From: Auanema rhodensis
Lineage: Eukaryota > Animalia > Nematoda
Length of the DNA stretch: 64,000 bases
NCBI GenBank assembly: GCA_964057225.1
Contig: OZ059899.1
Coordinates: forward strand, 10,478,001-10,542,000
Direction: 5' to 3'
Position numbers and translations under genes: made by a program. Below the pieces are notes generated by a model. The model worked only from the letters and a program-made list of their open reading frames with translations, was not told where the DNA came from and searched no databases. Below, piece after piece: positions 27,293-42,189 of this stretch (within the stretch, counting starts at the first letter, position 1; each line of letters opens with the position of its first letter).

Positions 27293-28650
27293 TAAATTTT
27301 TTTCATTTAACTTGTCATTTACAAAAATCAAATTTATCTTCTTCAACGATTATTTTTGCAATGTGTCATAAAAATTTCACAGTTGAACAAAACGTTTTTT
27401 AAGAATTTTTTTTGTTGTCAACATATATATTTTCCTGGAATTCGAAAGCATTTGGGATGGAAATTAGAAAGAAAAGAACTAGTTTTTCCTATTTTAAAAC
27501 AAACAAAAAAAAATAAAATGAAAAAGATTGTTAGATATCCAATTTAAACTTATACATTTACTTCGATAAAGAGCCTATTAGTTTGAAATTTTATGTCTTA
27601 CAGTTCTCCAACAGAACAGACTGATCCTGATTTCTCTATGATTACATAAAACTCTCGTTTGATATGAAAAAAGAAGAGGAATAACGTTTCCAGGATGTCA
27701 ATGATATCGAATCTAGTGATATTGTAAAAAAATATAATGTCAGCTCCATAGGTTTTCTCTTAATTTCTCTCATCACAATTGTCTTAGTTTTTTTTCTCAT
27801 AAGAGTTTCTGAAATCTTAGGTGAACAAGGCCGTATATATTTTTTTCTGGAATTCGAAAGCATTTGGGATGGAAATTAGAAAGAAAAGAACCAGTTTTTC
27901 CTACTTTAAAACAAACAATAAGAAATAAAATAAAAAAGATTGTTAGATATCCAATTTAAACTTATACATTTACTTCGATAAAGAGCCTATTAGTTTGAAA
28001 TTTTATGTCTTACAGTTCTCCAACAGAACAGACTGATCCTGATTTCTCTATGATTATATAAAACTCTCGTTTGATATAAAAAAAGAAGAGGAATAACGTT
28101 TCCAGGATGTCAATGATATCGAATCTAGTGATATTGTAGAAAAATGTAATGTCAGCTCCATAGGTTTTCTCTTAATTTCTCTCATCACAATTGTCTTAGT
28201 TTTTTTTCTCATAAGAGTTTCTGAAATCTTAGGTGAACAAGGCCGTATATATTTTTTTCTGGAATTCGAAAGCATTTGGGATGGAAATTAGAAAGAAAAG
28301 AACTAGTTTTTCCTACTTTAAAACAAACAATAAGAAATAAAATAAAAAAGATTGTTAGATATCCAATTTAAACTTATACATTTACTTCGATAAAGAGCCT
28401 ATTAGTTTGAAATTTTATGTCTTACAGTTCTCCAACAGAACAGACTGATCCTGATTTCTCTATGATTACATAAAACTCTCGTTTGATATAAAAAAAGAAG
28501 AAGAATAACGTTTCCAGGATGTCAATGATATCGAATCTAGTGATATTGTAGAAAAATGTAATGTCAGCTCCATAGGTTTTCTCTTAATTTCTCTCATCAC
28601 AATAGTCTTAGTTTTTTTTCATAAGAGTTTCTGAAATCTTAGTTGAACAA

Positions 28651-28723
28651 GGCCGCGTGGCGCAATGGATAACGCGTCTGCCTACGGAGCAGAAGATTGT
28701 AGGTTCGAATCCTGCCGTGGTCG
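28651..28723 (+). tRNA. tRNA-Arg(ACG), canonical
   Basis: Identical to the 10209 copy. Confidence 0.96.
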
Positions 28724-29669
28724 TAAATTTTTTTCATTTAACTTGTCATTTACAAAAATCAAATTTATCTTCTTCAACGATTATTTTTGCAATGTGTCAT
28801 AAAAATTTCACAGTTGAACAAAACGTTTTTTAAGAATTTTTTTTGTTGTCAACATATATATTTTCCTGGAATTCGAAAGCATTTGGGATGGAAATTAGAA
28901 AGAAAAGAACTAGTTTTTCCTATTTTAAAACAAACAAAAAAAAATAAAATGAAAAAGATTGTTAGATATCCAATTTAAACTTATACATTTACTTCGATAA
29001 AGAGCCTATTAGTTTGAAATTTTATGTCTTACAGTTCTCCAACAGAACAGACTGATCCTGATTTCTCTATGATTACATAAAATTCTCGTTTGATATAAAA
29101 AAAGAAGAGGAATAACGTTTCCAGGATGTCAATGATATCGAATCTAGTGATATTGTAAAAAAATGTAATGTCAGCTCCATAGGTTTTCTCTTAATTTCTC
29201 TCATCACAATTGTCTTAGTTTTTTTTCTTATAAGAGTTTCTGAAATCTTAGGTGAACAAGGCCGTATATATTTTTTTCTGGAATTCGAAAGCATTTGGGA
29301 TGGAAATTAGAAAGAAAAGAACTAGTTTTTCCTACTTTAAAACGAACAATAAGAAATAAAATAAAAAAGATTGTTAGATATCCAATTTAAACTTATACAT
29401 TTACTTCGATAAAGAGCCTATTAGTTTGAAATTTTATGTCTTACAGTTCTCCAACAGAACAGACTGATCCTGATTTCTCTATGATTACATAAAACTCTCG
29501 TTTGATATACAAAAAGGAGAGGAATAACGTTTCCAGGATATCAATGATATCGAATCTAGTGATATTGTAGAAAAATGTAATGTCAGCTCCATAGTTTTTC
29601 TCTAAATTTCTCTCATCACAATAGTCTTATTTTTTTTTCATAAGAGTTTCTGAAATCTTAGTTGAACAA

Positions 29670-29742
29670 GGCCGCGTGGCGCAATGGATAACGCGTCTGC
29701 CTACGGAGCAGAAGATTGTAGGTTCGAATCCTGCCGTGGTCG
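29670..29742 (+). tRNA. tRNA-Arg(ACG), canonical
   Basis: Identical to the 10209 copy. Confidence 0.96.
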
Positions 29743-30689
29743 TAAATTTTTTTCATTTAATTTGTCATTTACAAAAATCAAATTTATCTTCTTCAACGAT
29801 TATTTTTGCAATGTGTCATAAAAATTTCACAGTTGAACAAAACGTTTTTTAAGAATTTTTTTTGTTGTCAACATATATATTTTCCTGGAATTCGAAAGCA
29901 TTTGGGATGGAAATTAAAAAGAAAAGAACTAGTTTTTCCTATTTTAAAACAAACAAAAAAAAAATAAAATGAAAAAGATTGTTAGATATCCAATTTAAAC
30001 TTATACATTTACTTCGATAAAGAGCCTATTAGTTTGAAATTTTATGTCTTACAGTTCTCCAACAGAACAGACTGATCCTGATTTCTCTATGATTACATAA
30101 AACTCTCGTTTGATATAAAAAAAGAAGAGGAATAACGTTTCCAGGATGTCAATGATATCGAATCTAGTGATATTGTAAAAAAATGTAATGTCAGCTCCAT
30201 AGGTTTTCTCTTAATTTCTCTCATCACAATTGTCTTAGTTTTTTTTCTCATAAGAGTTTCTGAAATCTTAGGTGAACAAGGCCGTATATATTTTTTTCTG
30301 GAATTCGGAAGCATTTGCGATGGACATTAGAAGGAAAAGAACTAGTTTTTCCTACTTTAAAACAAACAATAAGGAATAAAATAAAAAAGATTGTTAGATA
30401 TCCAATTTAAACTTATACATTTACTTCGATAAAGAGCCTATTAGTTTGAAATTTTATGTCTTACAGTTCTCCAACAGAACAGACTGATCCTGATTTCTCT
30501 ATGATTACATAAAACTCTCGTTTGATATACAAAAAGGAGAGGAATAACGTTTCCAGGATGTCAATGATATCGAATCTAGTGATATTGTAGAAAAATGTAA
30601 TGTCAGCTCCATAGGTTTTCTCTTAATTTCTCTCATCACAATAGTCTTAGTTTTTTTTCATAAGAGTTTCTGAAATCTTAGTTGAACAA

Positions 30690-30762
30690 GGCCGCGTGGC
30701 GCAATGGATAACGCGTCTGCCTACGGAGCAGAAGATTGTAGGTTCGAATCCTGCCGTGGTCG
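30690..30762 (+). tRNA. tRNA-Arg(ACG), canonical
   Basis: Identical to the 10209 copy. Confidence 0.96.
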
Positions 30763-31705
30763 TAAATTTTTTTCATTTCACTTGTCATTTACAAAAATCA
30801 AATTTATCTTCTTCAACGATTATTTTTGCAATGTGTCATAAAAATTTCACAGTTGAACAAAACGTTTTTTAAGAATTTTTTTTGTTGTCAACATATATAT
30901 TTTCCTGGAATTCGAAAGCATTTGGGATGGAAATTAGAAAGAAAAGAACTAGTTTTTCCTATTTTAAAACAAACAAAAAAAAATAAAATGAAAAAGATTG
31001 TTAGATATCCAATTTAAACTTATACATTTACTTCGATAAAGAGCCTATTAGTTTGAAATTTTATTTCTTACAGTTCTCCAACAGAACAGACTGATCCTGA
31101 TTTCTCTATGATTATATAAAACTCTCGTTTGATATAAAAAAAGAAGAGGAATAACGTTTCCAGGATGTCAATGATATCGAATCTAGTGATATTGTACAAA
31201 AATGTAATGTCAGCTCCATAGGTTTTCTCTTAATTTCTCTCATCACAATTGTCTTAGTTTTTTTCTCATAAGAGTTTCTGAAATCTTAGGTGAACAAGGC
31301 CGTATATATTTTTTTCTGAAATTCGGAAGCATTTGAGATGGACATTAGAAGGAAAAGAACTAGTTTTTCCTACTTTAAAACAAACAATAAGGAATAAAAT
31401 AAAAAAGATTGTTAGATATCCAATTTAAACGTATACATTTACTTCGATAAAGAGCATATTAGTTTGAAATTTTATGTCTTACAGTTCTCCAACAGAACAG
31501 ACTGATCCTGATTTCTCTGATTACATAAAACTCTCGTTTGATATACAAAAAGGAGAGGAATAACGTTTCCAGGATATCAATGATATCGAATCTAGTGATA
31601 TTGTAGAAAAATGTAATGTCAGCTCCATAGTTTTTCTCTAAATTTTTCTCATCACAATAGTCTTATTTTTTTTTCATAAGAGTTTCTGAAATCTTAGTTG
31701 AACAA

Positions 31706-31778
31706 GGCCGCGTGGCGCAATGGATAACGCGTCTGCCTACGGAGCAGAAGATTGTAGGTTCGAATCCTGCCGTGGTCG
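31706..31778 (+). tRNA. tRNA-Arg(ACG), canonical
   Basis: Identical to the 10209 copy. Confidence 0.96.
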
Positions 31779-32721
31779 TAAATTTTTTTCATTTCACTTG
31801 TCATTTACAAAAATCAAATTTATCTTCTTCAACGATTATTTTTGCAATGTGTCATAAAAATTTCACAGTTGAACAAAACGTTTTTTAAGAATTTTTTTTG
31901 TTGTCAACATATATATTTTCCTGGAATTCGAAAGCATTTGGGATGGAAATTAGAAAGAAAAGAACTAGTTTTTCCTATTTTAAAACAAACAAAAAAAAAT
32001 AAAATGAAAAAGATTGTTAGATATCCAATTTAAACTTATACATTTACTTCGATAAAGAGTCTATTAGTTTGAAATTTTATGTCTTACAGTTCTCCAACAG
32101 AACAGACTGATCCTGATTTCTCTATGATTATATAAAACTCTCGTTTGATATAAAAAAAGAAGAGGAATAACGTTTCCAGGATGTCAATGATATCCAATCT
32201 AGTGATATTGTAGAAAAATGTAATGTCAGCTCCATAGGTTTTCTCTTAATTTCTCTCATCACAATTGTCTTAGTTTTTTTCTCATAAGAGTTTCTGAAAT
32301 CTTAGGTGAACAAGGCCGTATATATTTTTTTCTGGAATTCGAAAGCATTTGGGATGGAAATTAGAAAGAAAAAAACTAGTTTTTCCTACTTTAAAACAAA
32401 CAATAAGGAATAAAATAAAAAAGATTGTTAGATATCCAATTTAAACGTATACATTTACTTCGATAAAGAGCATATTAGTTTGAAATTTTATGTCTTACAG
32501 TTCTCCAACAGAACAGACTGATCCTGATTTCTCTGATTACATAAAACTCTCGTTTGATATACAAAAAGGAGAGGAATAACGTTTCCAGGATATCAATGAT
32601 ATCGAATCTAGTGATATTGTAGAAAAATGTAATGTCAGCTCCATAGTTTTTCTCTAAATTTTTCTCATCACAATAGTCTTATTTTTTTTTCATAAGAGTT
32701 TCTGAAATCTTAGTTGAACAA

Positions 32722-32794
32722 GGCCGCGTGGCGCAATGGATAACGCGTCTGCCTACGGAGCAGAAGATTGTAGGTTCGAATCCTGCCGTGGTCG
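32722..32794 (+). tRNA. tRNA-Arg(ACG), canonical
   Basis: Identical to the 10209 copy. Confidence 0.96.
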
Positions 32795-33737
32795 TAAATT
32801 TTTTTCATTTCACTTGTCATTTACAAAAATCAAATTTATCTTCTTCAACGATTATTTTTGCAATGTGTCATAAAAATTTCACAGTTGAACAAAACGTTTT
32901 TTAAGAATTTTTTTTGTTGTCAACATATATATTTTCCTGGAATTCGAAAGCATTTGGGATGGAAATTAGAAAGAAAAGAACTAGTTTTTCCTATTTTAAA
33001 ACAAACAAAAAAAAATAAAATGAAAAAGATTGTTAGATATCCAATTTAAACTTATACATTTACTTCGATAAAGAGCCTATTAGTTTGAAATTTTATGTCT
33101 TACAGTTCTCCAACAGAACAGACTGATCCTGATTTCTCTATGATTATATAAAACTCTCGTTTGATATAAAAAAAGAAGAGGAATAACGTTTCCAGGATGT
33201 CAATGATATCGAATCTAGTGATATTGTACAAAAATGTAATGTCAGCTCCATAGGTTTTCTCTTAATTTCTCTCATCACAATTGTCTTAGTTTTTTTCTCA
33301 TAAGAGTTTCTGAAATCTTAGGTGAACAAGGCCGTATATATTTTTTTCTGGAATTCGGAAGCATTTGAGATGGACATTAGAAGGAAAAGAACTAGTTTTT
33401 CCTACTTTAAAACAAACAATAAGGAATAAAATAAAAAAGATTGTTAGATATCCAATTTAAACGTATACATTTACTTCGATAAAGAGCATATTAGTTTGAA
33501 ATTTTATGTCTTACAGTTCTCCAACAGAACAGACTGATCCTGATTTCTCTGATTACATAAAACTCTCGTTTGATATACAAAAAGGAGAGGAATAACGTTT
33601 CCAGGATATCAATGATATCGAATCTAGTGATATTGTAGAAAAATGTAATGTCAGCTCCATAGTTTTTCTCTAAATTTTTCTCATCACAATAGTCTTATTT
33701 TTTTTTCATAAGAGTTTCTGAAATCTTAGTTGAACAA

Positions 33738-33810
33738 GGCCGCGTGGCGCAATGGATAACGCGTCTGCCTACGGAGCAGAAGATTGTAGGTTCGAATCCT
33801 GCCGTGGTCG
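33738..33810 (+). tRNA. tRNA-Arg(ACG), canonical
   Basis: Identical to the 10209 copy. Confidence 0.96.
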
Positions 33811-34753
33811 TAAATTTTTTTCATTTCACTTGTCATTTACAAAAATCAAATTTATCTTCTTCAACGATTATTTTTGCAATGTGTCATAAAAATTTCACAG
33901 TTGAACAAAACGTTTTTTAAGAATTTTTTTTGTTGTCAACATATATATTTTCCTGGAATTCGAAAGCATTTGGGATGGAAATTAGAAAGAAAAGAACTAG
34001 TTTTTCCTATTTTAAAACAAACAAAAAAAAATAAAATGAAAAAGATTGTTAGATATCCAATTTAAACTTATACATTTACTTCGATAAAGAGTCTATTAGT
34101 TTGAAATTTTATGTCTTACAGTTCTCCAACAGAACAGACTGATCCTGATTTCTCTATGATTATATAAAACTCTCGTTTGATATAAAAAAAGAAGAGGAAT
34201 AACGTTTCCAGGATGTCAATGATATCCAATCTAGTGATATTGTAGAAAAATGTAATGTCAGCTCCATAGGTTTTCTCTTAATTTCTCTCATCACAATTGT
34301 CTTAGTTTTTTTCTCATAAGAGTTTCTGAAATCTTAGGTGAACAAGGCCGTATATATTTTTTTCTGGAATTCGAAAGCATTTGGGATGGAAATTAGAAAG
34401 AAAAAAACTAGTTTTTCCTACTTTAAAACAAACAATAAGGAATAAAATAAAAAAGATTGTTAGATATCCAATTTAAACGTATACATTTACTTCGATAAAG
34501 AGCATATTAGTTTGAAATTTTATGTCTTACAGTTCTCCAACAGAACAGACTGATCCTGATTTCTCTGATTACATAAAACTCTCGTTTGATATACAAAAAG
34601 GAGAGGAATAACGTTTCCAGGATATCAATGATATCGAATCTAGTGATATTGTAGAAAAATGTAATGTCAGCTCCATAGTTTTTCTCTAAATTTTTCTCAT
34701 CACAATAGTCTTATTTTTTTTTCATAAGAGTTTCTGAAATCTTAGTTGAACAA

Positions 34754-34826
34754 GGCCGCGTGGCGCAATGGATAACGCGTCTGCCTACGGAGCAGAAGAT
34801 TGTAGGTTCGAATCCTGCCGTGGTCG
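34754..34826 (+). tRNA. tRNA-Arg(ACG), canonical
   Basis: Identical to the 10209 copy. Confidence 0.96.
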
Positions 34827-37800
34827 TAAATTTTTTTCATTTCACTTGTCATTTACAAAAATCAAATTTATCTTCTTCAACGATTATTTTTGCAATGTGT
34901 CATAAAAATTTCACAGTTGAACAAAACGTTTTTTAAGAATTTTTTTTGTTGTCAACATATATATTTTCCTGGAATTCGAAAGCATTTGGGATGGAAATTA
35001 GAAAGAAAAGAACTAGTTTTTCCTATTTTAAAACAAACAAAAAAAATAAAATGAGAAAGATTGTTAGATATCCAATTTAAACTTATACATTTACTTCGAT
35101 AAAGAGCCTATTAGTTTGAAATTTTATGTCTTACAGTTCTCCAACAGAACAGACTGATCCTGATTTCTCTATGATTATATAAAACTCTCGTTTGATATAA
35201 AAAAAGAAGAGGAATAACGTTTCCAGGATGTCAATGATATCGAATCTAGTGATATTGTACAAAAATGTAATGTCAGCTCCATAGGTTTTCTCTTAATTTC
35301 TCTCATCACAATTGTCTTAGTTTTTTTCTCATAAGAGTTTCTGAAATCTTAGGTGAACAAGGCCGTATATATTTTTTTCTGGAATTCGAAAGCATTTGGG
35401 ATGGAAATTAGAAAGGAAAGAACTAGTTTTTCCTACTTTAAAACAAACAATAAGAAATAAAATAAAAAAGATTGTTAGATATCTAATTTAAACTTATACA
35501 TTTACTTCGATAAAGAGCCTATTAGTTTGAAATTTTATGTCTTACAGTTCTCCAACAGAACAGACTGATCCTGATTTCTCTATGATTACATAAAACTCTC
35601 GTTTGATAAAAAAAAAGAAGAGGAATAACGTTTCCAGGATGTCAATGATATCGAATCTAGTGATATTGTAGAAAAATGTAATGTCAGCTCCATAGGTTTT
35701 CTCTAAATTTCTCTCATCACAATTGTCTTAGTTTTTTTTCTCATAAGAGTTTCTGAAATCTTAGGTGAACAAGGCCGTATATATTTTTTTCTGGAATTCG
35801 AAAACATTTGGGATGGAAATTAGAAAGAAAAGAACTAGTTTTTCCTACTTCAAAACAAACAATAAGAAATAAAATAAAAAAGATTGTTAGATATCCGATT
35901 TAAACTTATACATTTACTTCGATAAAGAGCCTATTAGTTTGAAATTTTATGTCTTACAGTTCTCCAACAGAACAAACTGATCCTGATTTCTCTATGATTA
36001 CATAAAACTCTCGTTTGATATACAAAAAGGAGAGGAATAACGTTTCCAGGATATCAATGATATCGAATCTAGTGATATTGTAGAAAAATGTAATGTCAGC
36101 TTCATAGTTTTTCTCTTAATTTCTCTCATCACAATAGTCTTATTTTTTTTTCATAAGAGTTTCTGAAATCTTAGTTGAACAAGGCCGTATATATTTTTTT
36201 CTGGAATTCGGAAGCATTTGGGATGGATATTAGAAAGAAAAAAACTAGTTTTTCCTATTTTAAAACAAACAAAAAAAAATAAAATGAAAAAGATTGTTAG
36301 ATATCCAATTTAAACTTATACATTTACTTCGATAAAGAGCCTATTAGTTTGAAATTTTATGTCTTACAGTTCTCCAACAGAACAGACTGATCCTGATTTC
36401 TCTATGATTATATAAAACTCTCGTTTGATATAAAAAAAGAAGAGGAATAACGTTTCCAGGATGTCAATGATATCGAATCTAGTGATATTGTAGAAAAATG
36501 TAATGTCAGCTCCATAGGTTTTCTCTTAATTTCTCTCAACACAATTGTCTTAGTTTTTTTCTCATAAGAGTTTCTGAAATCTTAGGTGAACAAGGCCGTA
36601 TATATTTTTTTCTGGAATTCGAAAGCATTTGGGATGGAAATTAGAAAGAAAAGAACTAGTTTTTCCTACTTTAAAACAAACAATAAGAAATAAAATAAAA
36701 AAGATTGTTAGATATCCAATTTAAACTTATACATTTACTTCGATAAAGAGCCTATTAGTTTGAAATTTTATGTCTTACAGTTCTCCAACAGAACAGACTG
36801 ATCCTGATTTCTCTATGATTACATAAAACTCTCGTTTGATATAAAAAAAGAAGAGGAATAACGTTTCCAGGATGTCAATGATATCGAATCTAGTGATATT
36901 GTGAAAAAATGTAATGTCAGCTCCATAGGTTTTCTCTTGATTTCTCTCATCACAATTGTCTTAGTTTTTTTTCTCATAAGAGTTTCTGAAATCTTAGGTG
37001 AACAAGGCCGTATATATTTTTTTCTGGAATTCGAAAGCATTTGGGATGGAAATTAGAAAGAAAAGAACTAGTTTTTCCTACTTTAAAACAAACAATAAGA
37101 AATAAAATAAAAAAGATTGTTAGATATCCAATTTAAACTTATACATTTACTTCGATAAAGAGCCTATTAGTTTCAAATTTTATGTCTTACAGTTCTCCAA
37201 CAGAACAGACTGATCCTGAATTCTCTATGATTATATAAAACTCTCGTTTGATATAAAAAAAGAAGAGGAATAACGTTTCCAGGATGTCAATGATATCGAA
37301 TCTAGTGATATTGTAGAAAAATGTAATGTCAGCTCCATAGGTTTTCTCTTAATTTCTCTCATCACAATTGTCTTAGTTTTTTTTCTCATAAGAGTTTCTG
37401 AAATCTTAGGTGAACAAAGCCGTATATATTTTTTTCTGGAATTCGAAAGCATTTGGGATGGATATTAGAAGGAAAAGAACTAGTTTTTCCTACTTTAAAA
37501 CAAACAATAAGAAATAAAATAAAAAAGATTGTTAGATATCCAATTTAAACTTATACATTTACTTTGATAAAGAGCCTATTAGTTTGAAATTTTATGTCTT
37601 ACAGTTCTCCAACAGAACAGACTGATCCTGATTTCCCTATGATTACATAAAACTCTCGTTTGATATAAAAAAAGAAGAGGAATAACGTTTCCAGGATGTC
37701 AATGATATCGAATCTAGTGATATTGTAAAAAAATGTAATGTCAGCTCCATAGGTTTTCTCTTAATTTCTCTCATCACAATTGTCTTAGTTTTTTTTCTCA

Positions 37801-38239
37801 TTAGAGTTTCTGAAATCTTAGGTGAACAAGGCCGTATATATTTTTTTCTGGAATTCGGAAGCATTTGAGATGGACATTAGAAGGAAAAGAACTAGTTTTT
37901 CCTACTTTAAAACAAACAATAAGGAATAAAATAAAAAAGATTGTTAGATATCCAATTTAAACTTATACATTTACTTCGATAAAGAGCCTATTAGTTTGAA
38001 ATTTTATGTCTTACAGTTCTCCAACAGAACAGACTGATCCTGATTTCTCTATGATTACATAAAACTCTCGTTTGATATACAAAAAGGAGAGGAATAACGT
38101 TTCCAGGATGTCAATGATATCGAATCTAGTGATATTGTAGAAAAATGTAATGTCAGCTCCATAGGTTTTCTCTTAATTTCTCTCATCACAATAGTCTTAG
38201 TTTTTTTTCATAAGAGTTTCTGAAATCTTAGTTGAACAA

Positions 38240-38312
38240 GGCCGCGTGGCGCAATGGATAACGCGTCTGCCTACGGAGCAGAAGATTGTAGGTTCGAATC
38301 CTGCCGTGGTCG
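38240..38312 (+). tRNA. tRNA-Arg(ACG), canonical
   Basis: Identical to the 10209 copy. Confidence 0.96.
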
Positions 38313-39668
38313 TAAATTTTTTTCATTTCACTTGTCATTTACAAAAATCAAATTTATCTTCTTCAACGATTATTTTTGCAATGTGTCATAAAAATTTCAC
38401 AGTTGAACAAAACGTTTTTTAAGAATTTTTTTTGTTGTCAACATATATATTTTCCTGGAATTCGAAAGCATTTGGGATGGAAATTAGAAAGAAAAGAACT
38501 AGTTTTTCCTATTTTAAAACAAACAAAAAAAGTAAAATGAAAAAGATTGTTAGATATCCAATTTAAACTTATACATTTACTTCGATAAAGAGCCTATTAG
38601 TTTGAAATTTTATGTCTTACAGTTCTCCAACAGAACAGACTGATCCTGATTTCTCTATGATTATATAAAACTCTCGTTTGATATAAAAAAAGAAGAGGAA
38701 TAACGTTTCCAGGATGTCAATGATATCGAATCTAGTGATATTGTACAAAAATGTAATGTCAGCTCCATAGGTTTTCTCTTAATTTCTCTCATCACAATTG
38801 TATTAGTTTTTTTCTCATAAGAGTTTCTGAAATCTTAGGTGAACAAGGCCGTATATATTTTTTTCTGGAATTCGAAAGCATTTGGGATGGAAATTAGAAA
38901 GGAAAGAACTAGTTTTTCCTACTTTAAAACAAACAATAAGAAATAAAATAAAAAAGATTGTTAGATATCCAATTTAAACTTATACATTTACTTCGATAAA
39001 GAGCCTATTAGTTTCAAATTTTATGTCTTACAGTTCTCCAACAGAACAGACTGATCCTGAATTCTCTATGATTATATAAAACTCTCGTTTGATATAAAAA
39101 AAGAAGAGGAATAACGTTTCCAGGATGTCAATGATATCGAATCTAGTGATATTGTAGAAAAATGTAATGTCAGCTCCATAGGTTTTCTCTTAATTTCTCT
39201 CATCACAATTGTCTTAGTTTTTTTTCTCATAAGAGTTTCTGAAATCTTAGGTGAACAAAGCCGTATATATTTTTTTCTGGAATTCGAAAGCATTTGGGAT
39301 GGATATTAGAAGGAAAAGAACTAGTTTTTCCTACTTTAAAACAAACAATAAGAAATAAAATAAAAAAGATTGTTAGATATCCAATTTAAACTTATACATT
39401 TACTTTGATAAAGAGCCTATTAGTTTGAAATTTTATGTCTTACAGTTCTCCAACAGAACAGACTGATCCTGATTTCCCTATGATTACATAAAACTCTCGT
39501 TTGATATAAAAAAAGAAGAGGAATAACGTTTCCAGGATGTCAATGATATCGAATCTAGTGATATTGTAAAAAAATGTAATGTCAGCTCCATAGGTTTTCT
39601 CTAAATTTCTCTCATCACAATAGTCTTATTTTTTTTTCATAAGAGTTTCTGAAATCTTAGTTGAACAA

Positions 39669-39741
39669 GGCCGCGTGGCGCAATGGATAACGCGTCTGCC
39701 TACGGAGCAGAAGATTGTAGGTTCGAATCCTGCCGTGGTCG
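39669..39741 (+). tRNA. tRNA-Arg(ACG), canonical
   Basis: Identical to the 10209 copy. Confidence 0.96.
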
Positions 39742-41099
39742 TAAATTTTTTTCATTTAATTTGTCATTTACAAAAATCAAATTTATCTTCTTCAACGATT
39801 ATTTTTGCAATGTGTCATAAAAATTTCACAGTTGAACAAAACGTTTTTTAAGAATTTTTTTTGTTGTCAACATATATATTTTCCTGGAATTCGAAAGCAT
39901 TTGGGATGGAAATTAAAAAGAAAAGAACTAGTTTTTCCTATTTTAAAACAAACAAAAAAAAATAAAATGAAAAAGATTGTTAGATATCCAATTTAAACTT
40001 ATACATTTACTTCGATAAAGAGCCTATTAGTTTGAAATTTTATGTCTTACAGTTCTCCAACAGAACAGACTGATCCTGATTTCTCTATGATTACATAAAA
40101 CTCTCGTTTGATATAAAAAAAGAAGAGGAATAACGTTTCCAGGATGTCAATGATATCGAATCTAGTGATATTGTAAAAAAATGTAATGTCAGCTCCATAG
40201 GTTTTCTCTTAATTTCTCTCATCACAATTGTCTTAGTTTTTTTTCTCATAAGAGTTTCTGAAATCTTAGGTGAACAAGGCCGTATATATTTTTTTCTGGA
40301 ATTCGAAAGCATTTGGGATGGAAATTAGAAAGAAAAGAACTAGTTTTTCCTACTTCAAAACAAACAATAAGAAATAAAATAAAAAAGATTGTTAGATATC
40401 CAATTTAAACTTATACATTTACTCCGATAAAGAGCCTATTAGTTTGAAATTTTATGTCTTACAGTTCTCCAACAGAACAGACTGATCCTGATTTCTCTAT
40501 GATTACATAAAACTCTCGTTTGATATAAAAAAAGAAGAGGAATAACGTTTCCAGGATGTCAATGATATCGAATCTAGTGATATTGTAGAAAAATGTAATG
40601 TCAGCTCCATAGGTTTTCTCTTAATTTCTCTCATCACAATTGTCTTAGTTTTTTTTCTCATTAGAGTTTCTGAAATCTTAGGTGAACAAGGCCGTATATA
40701 TTTTTTTCTGGAATTCGGAAGCATTTGAGATGGACATTAGAAGGAAAAGAACTAGTTTTTCCTACTTTAAAACAAACAATAAGGAATAAAATAAAAAAGA
40801 TTGTTAGATATCCAATTTAAACTTATACATTTACTTCGATAAAGAGCCTATTAGTTTGAAATTTTATGTCTTACAGTTCTCCAACAGAACAGACTGATCC
40901 TGATTTCTCTATGATTACATAAAACTCTCGTTTGATATACAAAAAGGAGAGGAATAACGTTTCCAGGATGTCAATGATATCGAATCTAGTGATATTGTAG
41001 AAAAATGTAATGTCAGCTCCATAGGTTTTCTCTTAATTTCTCTCATCACAATAGTCTTAGTTTTTTTTCATAAGAGTTTCTGAAATCTTAGTTGAACAA

Positions 41100-41172
41100 G
41101 GCCGCGTGGCGCAATGAATAACGCGTCTGCCTACGGAGCAGAAGATTGTAGGTTCGAATCCTGCCGTGGTCG
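41100..41172 (+). tRNA. tRNA-Arg(ACG), D-loop/A-box variant G19A, possible pseudogene
   Basis: AATGAATA replaces AATGGATA (A at 41117), removing the invariant G19. Confidence 0.75.
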
Positions 41173-42116
41173 TAAATTTTTTTCATTTCACTTGTCATTT
41201 ACAAAAATCAAATTTATCTTCTTCAACGATTATTTTTGCAATGTGTCATAAAAATTTCACAGTTGAACAAAACGTTTTTTAAGAATTTTTTTTGTTGTCA
41301 ACATATATATTTTCCTGGAATTCGAAAGCATTTGGGATGGAAATTAGAAAGAAAAGAACTAGTTTTTCCTATTTTAAAACAAACAAAAAAAATAAAATGA
41401 AAAAGATTGTTAGATATCCAATTTAAACTTATACATTTACTTCGATAAAGAGCCTATTAGTTTGAAATTTTATGTCTTACAGTTCTCCAACAGAACAGAC
41501 TGATCCTGATTTCTCTATGATTATATAAAACTCTCGTTTGATATAAAAAAAGAAGAGGAATAACGTTTCCAGGATGTCAATGATATCGAATCTAGTGATA
41601 TTGTACAAAAATGTAATGTCAGCTCCATAGGTTTTCTCTTAATTTCTCTCATCACAATTGTATTAGTTTTTTTCTCATAAGAGTTTCTGAAATCTTAGGT
41701 GAACAAGGCCGTATATATTTTTTTCTGGAATTCGAAAGCATTTGGGATGGAAATTAGAAAGGAAAGAACTAGTTTTTCCTACTTTAAAACAAACAATAAG
41801 AAATAAAATAAAAAAGATTGTTAGATATCTAATTTAAACTTATACATTTACTTCGATAAAGAGCCTATTAGTTTGAAATTTTATGTCTTACAGTTCTCCA
41901 ACAGAACAGACTGATCCTGATTTCTCTATGATTACATAAAACTCTCGTTTGATATACAAAAAGGAGAGGAATAACGTTTCCAGGATGTCAATGATATCGA
42001 ATCTAGTGATATTGTAGAAAAATGTAATGTCAGCTCCATAGGTTTTCTCTTAATTTCTCTCATCACAATAGTCTTAGTTTTTTTTCATAAGAGTTTCTGA
42101 AATCTTAGTTGAACAA

Positions 42117-42189
42117 GGCCGCGTGGCGCAATGGATAACGCGTCTGCCTACGGAGCAGAAGATTGTAGGTTCGAATCCTGCCGTGGTCG
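42117..42189 (+). tRNA. tRNA-Arg(ACG), canonical
   Basis: Identical to the 10209 copy. Confidence 0.96.

Larger units (their letters stand above)
30690..35360 (+). repeat. 1016-bp long+short dimer repeat with a 2032-bp super-period (boundaries approximate)
   Basis: tRNAs start at 30690, 31706, 32722, 33738 and 34754 (exact 1016 steps). All dimers share a 2-bp deletion (CTCTGATTAC) and AAACGTATAC/GAGCATATT SNPs; other SNPs alternate at 2032. Confidence 0.92.
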
